The notes below the pieces were generated by a model. It searched no databases. It saw only the letters and a list, made by a program, of their open reading frames with translations, and was not told where the DNA came from. Shown one piece after another: positions 26,711 to 32,000 of a DNA stretch of 32,000 nucleotides (positions within the stretch are counted from its first letter, which is position 1; each line of letters opens with the position of its first letter). The stretch covers positions 3,390,001 through 3,422,000 of the forward strand of contig NC_006138.1 of the NCBI RefSeq assembly GCF_000025945.1. Direction: 5' to 3'. The position numbers were made by a program, and so were the translations under genes. The DNA comes from Desulfotalea psychrophila LSv54. GTDB taxonomy: Bacteria; Desulfobacterota; Desulfobulbia; Desulfobulbales; Desulfocapsaceae.

Positions 26711-27286
26711 ATGGAATCACAGATGGACCTCACTGTTTCAGCAAGAATTTTATGCTTTATTATTTTTTCACTCATCTTTTTAAAAATTTCCTGGAAACCT
26801 CTACAGAACAAAAAATGCCATGGTTTTTATCGTTTTTTTGTTTTTGAAGGAATTCTCAGCCTGCTCATGCTCCGCATAGAGGTTTGGTTCAAAGATCCTT
26901 TTTCAATTACTCACATCATCTCGTGGATTTTTCTGTTTTTATCCGCCACCATTGTTATCCAGGGATTGCATTTATTGAAAAAAATCGGTGGACAGACAGA
27001 TCGTAAGAATGGAGCAGAGAACTTTTCTTTTGAAAACACAGCTAACCTTGTTGAAGAGGGCATCTTCAGACATATACGCCACCCCATGTACACCTCCCTC
27101 CTCTTTCTCGCTTGGGGCATTGCATTCAAACAACTTACCCTACTAAGTATTCTGCTTGCCCTAGCCACCAGCATGGCTTTATTTGCCACTGCCCAGATAG
27201 AAGAGAAGGAAAACATATCCTATTTTGGTGAGCAATATAAATCATATATGACACGTACCAAGATGTTTGTTCCTTTTTTAATGTGA
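26711..27286 (+). CDS. Isoprenylcysteine carboxyl methyltransferase (ICMT)/phospholipid methyltransferase family membrane protein.
   Basis: It is a multi-TM protein with LVEEGIFRHIRHPMYTSLLFLAWG...EEKENISYFGEQYKSYMTRTKMFVPFL, the typical family C-terminal motif. Confidence 0.8.
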   Translation: MESQMDLTVSARILCFIIFSLIFLKISWKPLQNKKCHGFYRFFVFEGILSLLMLRIEVWFKDPFSITHIISWIFLFLSATIVIQGLHLLKKIGGQTDRKNGAENFSFENTANLVEEGIFRHIRHPMYTSLLFLAWGIAFKQLTLLSILLALATSMALFATAQIEEKENISYFGEQYKSYMTRTKMFVPFLM

Positions 27287-27306
27287 TCATACCCCAATCT
27301 CTCCGC

Positions 27307-27342
27307 ATAGATATCAAAGTATTCGCTTTCTCTGATATCTAT
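27307..27342. repeat. Perfect 10-bp inverted repeat with a 16-nt spacer, downstream of the ICMT gene.
   Basis: ATAGATATCA (27307-27316) and TGATATCTAT (27333-27342). Confidence 0.6.
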
Positions 27343-27682
27343 ACTCACCCATCAAGACAGGTTTTTAGTTGTAATAGTTCAGACGCATGACCTGACGATT
27401 TCTCTTGAGGGTCTAGCAGATACCACCTCTGACAGAGATTCCCTCTTAAAAGAGGGAAGCCTCCTCACCTGCCACAACAGCCCAGCCCCACGAGGACAGC
27501 TACCGCTTGACCAGACTGCCTGTGGCACAATCTTGCCCCTCACCCTTTACCTCCATATTTGACACGATCCAGCTAATCAGGATAACCTTAGCTAGGCAGG
27601 TCATATACTCAGCGCATATCTATCGGGGCCGCCTGCCAATGTGGTTCGCCATATAAAAATTAACTACTGCATGGTGTGGCTT

Positions 27683-28174
27683 ATGAAAAGGCTGAAATAT
27701 TCGACCAAGTTTTTTAAAGATATCTCTCTCCACACCCCCTTTGTCAAGATGCTGGCCCTATTGATTATCCTCTGGCTCATATTTTCTGCCGCCCTCTACT
27801 TTTCAGAGTCAAATGTTGAGGGCTCGTCTATCCATACCTATGGAGATGCCCTCTACTGGGGAATCGCCGCCTTTTCCACCGCAGGAATAGCGGATTCGCC
27901 CACATCCAATACAGCCCAATTTGTCGGTGGACTATGGATAGTCATCGGTTCCATGCTCTTCTTTGGCACCATTGTCGCAACTATCACAACCTATTTTATG
28001 AGGCCAATGCAACGTCCCCATAGAAGAATAATTGATGCAATAGAGTACAATCTCGAACAGCTGGATGATCTGACAGTTGAAGAGCTTTCCCTCTTAAAGA
28101 ATACAGTTGATGCCCTTATCATGCATGTCGAACGCATGAGGAAAAAACAGGATGACGAACAGCAGGCTGAGTAG
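27683..28174 (+). CDS. 2-TM ion-channel-like protein (Ion_trans_2-type pore) with a degenerate selectivity filter.
   Basis: It has TM1 ([18 protein letters not shown]), a pore-helix-like [21 protein letters not shown] and TM2 ([22 protein letters not shown]). Possible starts are 27641 (GTG), 27671 and 27683, so the start is uncertain. Confidence 0.65.
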
Positions 28175-28212
28175 TTTTTCCAGAAAACTTACCTTACAAA
28201 AAGCGGGGATGG

Positions 28213-29661
28213 ATGATGAATTTCTCAAATAGCTACAGACAACTGGGCAGTGATTTCTATGAAGAGAGCCTGCCTACCCCTGTTTTGGCCCCCCGGCTCC
28301 TCTTATGGAATGCTCCTCTGGCTGAACAGCTGATGATTCCAGAGGAACTGGGGCAGGCTGCCCTGGCTCAGATTTTTTCGGGGAATCAGCTTCTGCCCGG
28401 CTCAGAACCCATCGCCATGGCCTATGCAGGACACCAATTTGGTAGCTTCGTCCCCCAACTGGGAGATGGCAGGGCCCATCTGCTTGGCGAGGTATTCGAT
28501 AAATCCGGACAGAGATGGGACATTCAGCTCAAGGGCTCCGGCCCCACCCAATTTTCCCGTGGAGGAGATGGTCGTTGTGCCGTCGGCCCCGCCCTTCGAG
28601 AGTTCATCATGAGTGAGGCAATGTATGCCCTGGGCGTTCCCACCAGCCGCTGTTTAGCCGTTGTCACCAGCGGAGAAGACGTTTACCGTAGGTCCATACT
28701 ACCGGGGGCCATCGTAACCAGAATTGCCTCAAGTCATCTGCGCGTTGGCACCTTTGAGTTCTTCGCCGCCCGGGGCGAGCATGAGGCCCTTAAGCGCCTC
28801 TGCGACTATACCATTGATCGCCATTTTCCAGAGTTGCAGGGGGCCACAGATCAATATATCCGCTTTCTTGACAGGGTCATTGGCAGACAAATTCAACTGA
28901 TCACAGAATGGATGAGGGTTGGATTTATCCACGGAGTCATGAATACAGATAACACCTCCCTCGCCGGAGAAACCATCGACTACGGCCCCTGTGCCATGCT
29001 GGGAGCTTATGATCCTCATACCGTTTACAGCTCCATTGATATCAAGAAACGCTATGCCTTTGGCAACCAGTCTGCAATAAGCCAGTGGAACATGACACGA
29101 TTGGCTGAATGTCTATTGCCACTGATCAACGCCGACAGGAACAGGGCAATAGACCAGCTTAACCCCCTTCTGATAGCCTATACAGATAGATTCAACCGGG
29201 TGTATATAAAGATGATGGGCAAAAAGCTTGGACTGACATCCCTTCAAGCAAAGGATGAGAAGCTTATCATCTCCCTCCTCGATCAGCTTAAGATAGGAAA
29301 AATGGACTATACCCTCACCTTCGACCTCCTGACCAAGTCCCTGAGCTCTGAGCCCATCGCCTCGCAAATGCGGGGGCAACTGGGCAACTACTTTGATCTT
29401 TGGCAAAGGCGATTAAAAGAACAGGGTACAGATCTCCAAGAGGTTCAAACCCTGATGAGACAACAGAATCCGCTCCTCATCCCCAGAAACCATCATATCG
29501 AAGCGGCAATTGCAGAGTGCGAGCAAACGGGTCGGGTGAATCTTGCTGAAAAGCTTCTCCACGTTCTCCGCGCCCCCTATGAAGAGCTGACAGAAACACA
29601 CCTCTACCAAGACCCGCCGAGCGACGGTGACAAAAACTACCAAACCTTCTGTGGCACCTGA
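28213..29661 (+). CDS. selO: Protein adenylyltransferase (AMPylase) SelO/YdiU.
   Basis: [67 protein letters not shown] and the C-terminal PYEE...CGT are characteristic. Confidence 0.93.
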
Positions 29662-29848
29662 GACTCAGCTCTGCCCCCTTCCCCACAGCCACCAGGCCGA
29701 AGCATCGGGCCCTGTAGGGGAGCCGATTGGTAAGGGCCATTTTTTCCCGCTATACTGAAAGCTACAAACTCGGCGGCTTGACCTGGGGAGGCCTGGAGCC
29801 CAGGCCAAAGGATATGCTCACTTAAAACCACAACCAGAGGAGAACCTT

Positions 29849-30190
29849 ATGAAGATAAAAATTCTAGTATTTCTAGTGATCACCGCCTTTGCCGTATCTG
29901 CTTCGGCAGCAAAACCTGAATGGGCCGGCAAGGGAAAGACCACAGCTGCCCAAGAGGAACTCCATAAGGCAGGGGACAACGACAAGGCCATGCTGAAGAC
30001 AAGAGAGAGGGTGAAGGGGACAAAAGAAAAGATAGCAAAAGAGAAAGGGAATCAGACAAGCAAAAGAGGCATTGAAAAGCAGAGACAGAAAAAATCAGAG
30101 CAGATACAAAAAGAGTTAGATAAGGGCTCTGAGCAGGGCCAAGAGTCCCGGCAGGAAAGAAAAAAATGGTGGAATTTTCTTGATAACTAA
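29849..30190 (+). CDS. Secreted lysine/glutamate-rich hypothetical protein of 113 aa.
   Basis: The AGAGGAG RBS is followed by a signal peptide, MKIKILVFLVITAFAVSASA|AKPEW. The remainder is charged low-complexity sequence. Confidence 0.6.
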   Translation: MKIKILVFLVITAFAVSASAAKPEWAGKGKTTAAQEELHKAGDNDKAMLKTRERVKGTKEKIAKEKGNQTSKRGIEKQRQKKSEQIQKELDKGSEQGQESRQERKKWWNFLDN

Positions 30191-30374
30191 GACCTGCAGG
30201 CGGGGCTGAAAAATAGCCTCCTGGCAAAACGAGCCCTCCCCCGTCTACCGCCATGGCTTCAGCTGGCACAGGTGCATTGCCAGCCCTCTCCTACCAGGCT
30301 TGACAGATTCATTCTGCTAGGATAAGTCTAGTTAGATCTGCATTTATAGAAACTTTTTAATGAGGAGATTGGCC

Positions 30375-30557
30375 ATGGCAATATGCACAAACTGCCCCTT
30401 TCGGGCACAATATAAGCGGCGTCCAAACTCTTTGCTGGGCAGGCTGTGGCGCTGGCATGCAGGTTGGTGTCCCGGCTGGAACGCATATATGAAATCTCTT
30501 CCTCAGGAGGAGAGGGCGGATCTGGCGAAAAGATATCAGCTGAAACGTTTTCTCTAA
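30375..30557 (+). CDS. Small cysteine-rich protein of 60 aa (CxxC ... WCPGW).
   Basis: GAGGAG (30362-30367) lies 7 nt before the ATG at 30375. The product reads MAICTNCPFRAQYKRRPNSLLGRLWRWHAGWCPGWNAYMKSLPQEERADLAKRYQLKRFL. Confidence 0.55.
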   Translation: MAICTNCPFRAQYKRRPNSLLGRLWRWHAGWCPGWNAYMKSLPQEERADLAKRYQLKRFL

Positions 30558-30834
30558 GATGACCCCAAAGCAAGACCTCGACAAAGAACAAACAAGCCAC
30601 CCCCAAAAGGGTGGCTTACCCCTCCTGCAACCGACCAGCGGAATACTCCTTCCCCTAAATAAAAATTACTCAACCTCTCCTTTAATAAGCCCCAAGGAAC
30701 TATCTCTGAATTAAGCCATTTTGTTTAATGACAAATCAGGGCCATAGTGCTTCATTAGAGGCGGCAGTAAAAAGAGCAATTTACTCGGAGTCTCGCTAGA
30801 AACTATTTTATTAACGACACAGAAAAAGTGAAAA

Positions 30835-32000
30835 ATGAATTTTTTATCCAAAGATGCCTCGCTACAAGAGTCAATTACAAAAATGAAGGCTGTTTTAGCA
30901 GATGCCGGATGTGAAACTACTTTCTCCCAGGAAAAGCATCCCCTGCAGCACTGTTATTCGGTAAACCTCACCTCAACTGAAGCACCAGAGCATATCTATG
31001 CCAATGGTAAGGGAATTCTGTCAGAGGCATCCATGGCCAGTGCCCTGGGTGAATATATTGAACGACTCCAAACCAATAACTTTTTCACTGATTTCCACCT
31101 GCCAAACCGTTCATATTTCCCTGATCAGGTCGCCTTTGAATTTGGTGGGCCTTACCTCAACGACGAACTCCGCCTGATCTATAATCCAACCGGAGAGCTT
31201 GAGGATGAAGACCTTGTTGATTACAACAGTGATCAGGAGGAGAGGATCATTGCCCTGCCCTTTGCCAAAAAATCAAATGGTGAGACTGTCCATTTTCCTC
31301 TGAATGTCCTGGCTAATCTTTATGTCAGCAATGGCCTGGCCTCCGGCAATACCCCTCAGGAAGCACAGGTACAGGCGCTCAGTGAGATTTTTGAGCGCCA
31401 TGCAAAAATAGAGATCATCAAAAATGGCTATGCCCTGCCCAAGATCCCCGACGAGACAGTCCAAGCCCTGCCACGACTGCAGAGTGATGTTCTGGCACTG
31501 CGGAAACTGGGCTACATCATCGAGGTACTTGATGCCTCACTAGGGGGACAGTTCCCCGTCACCGCCATCTCTTTGATCAACCCCAAAAACGCCTCCCTCT
31601 TTGTCTCCTTTGGCGCTCACCCCATCCTGGAGGTGGCGCTGGAGCGAACCATGACAGAGTTGATGCAGGGTCGGGAATTGGATAATCTGGATGCCTTTGA
31701 AGTGCCCACCTTTGACATGAATCTTGTCTCGGACAGTTTTAACCTTGAATCTCACTTTGTTGACTCAAATGGAAAAATAGGCTTTGGCTTTTTACGTTCC
31801 ACCAAGAGTTTTTCCTACACCCCTTGGGACTATAAAGGGGAGGGCTGTGAGGCAGAGCTGAAATATCTCACTGCCATCCTGGATAAGATGGGTAAAGAGA
31901 TCTATCTACGAGAGTACAGCTACCTTGACTTTTACTCCTGCCAGATAATCGTCCCTGAAATATCTGAGGTCTACCCCATAGATGACCTCCTCTACAATAA
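30835..32000 (+). CDS. ycaO: YcaO-domain protein of the E. coli YcaO type, 3'-truncated by the window edge.
   Basis: It is absent from the ORF track because no stop falls inside the window. My translation from the ATG at 30835 begins MNFLSKDASLQESITKMKAVLADAGCE.... It continues through ANGKGILSEASMASALGEYIERLQTNNFF, NLYVSNGLASGNTPQEAQVQALSEIFERH and GAHPILEVALERTMTELMQGR. It ends YSCQIIVPEISEVYPIDDL. The whole stretch aligns by eye with E. coli YcaO. Confidence 0.9.
   Translation, partial: MNFLSKDASLQESITKMKAVLADAGCETTFSQEKHPLQHCYSVNLTSTEAPEHIYANGKGILSEASMASALGEYIERLQTNNFFTDFHLPNRSYFPDQVAFEFGGPYLNDELRLIYNPTGELEDEDLVDYNSDQEERIIALPFAKKSNGETVHFPLNVLANLYVSNGLASGNTPQEAQVQALSEIFERHAKIEIIKNGYALPKIPDETVQALPRLQSDVLALRKLGYIIEVLDASLGGQFPVTAISLINPKNASLFVSFGAHPILEVALERTMTELMQGRELDNLDAFEVPTFDMNLVSDSFNLESHFVDSNGKIGFGFLRSTKSFSYTPWDYKGEGCEAELKYLTAILDKMGKEIYLREYSYLDFYSCQIIVPEISEVYPIDDLLYN

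Noticed and set aside
27523-27536. Sigma54-like TGGCAC...TTGC upstream of the channel gene.
   Set aside because: The spacer is 4 nt (TGGCAC-aatc-TTGC) rather than the required 5, so the GG and GC elements are one base too close. Sigma54 promoters are intolerant of spacing changes.

Overview
The window is chromosomal DNA from a Gram-negative bacterium of moderate G+C; LptD and a prepilin peptidase are present, and I cannot name the taxon from sequence alone. Positions ~6.3-32 kb are mostly ordinary housekeeping genes. These are two identical tRNA-Arg(ACG) cassettes, a periplasmic heme-protein pair, catalase, lutABC, an RNase E/G homolog with a long N-terminal Ala/Lys/Pro-rich extension, lptD, and a pyrK-pyrD-DUF1232-aroD-aroE-aroA string. 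They are followed by prepilin peptidase, a hotdog thioesterase, an ICMT-family methyltransferase, a 2-TM channel-like protein, selO, two small proteins and a 3'-truncated E. coli-type ycaO. The left ~6 kb is different. It is visibly AT-rich: spot counts on single 60-nt lines give ~30-35% G+C, against ~57% for one line in lutB. It abuts the 3' end of the first tRNA-Arg and holds only unrecognisable genes. The most interesting element is a translationally coupled two-gene cassette, 2330-2653 (107 aa) and 2653-5997 (1114 aa), joined by an ATGA overlap. The last ~20 residues of the small protein and residues ~8-27 of the giant protein carry the same motif, I-[TS]-Q-x-H-x-G-x-G-D-N-[IV]-x(2,3)-K-[VI]-I-N. 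That layout is the hallmark of prion/amyloid-type signalling pairs (fungal HET-s/NWD2; bacterial Bell/BASS-NLR). Here, however, the large partner has no Walker A/P-loop. It looks like a helical-repeat protein with a GreA-C-terminal-like segment and a weak PIN-like signature. About 320 bp upstream lies an array of 42-bp tandem repeats (5 good copies plus degenerate ends), each carrying a TATACA-NN-TGTATA palindrome.
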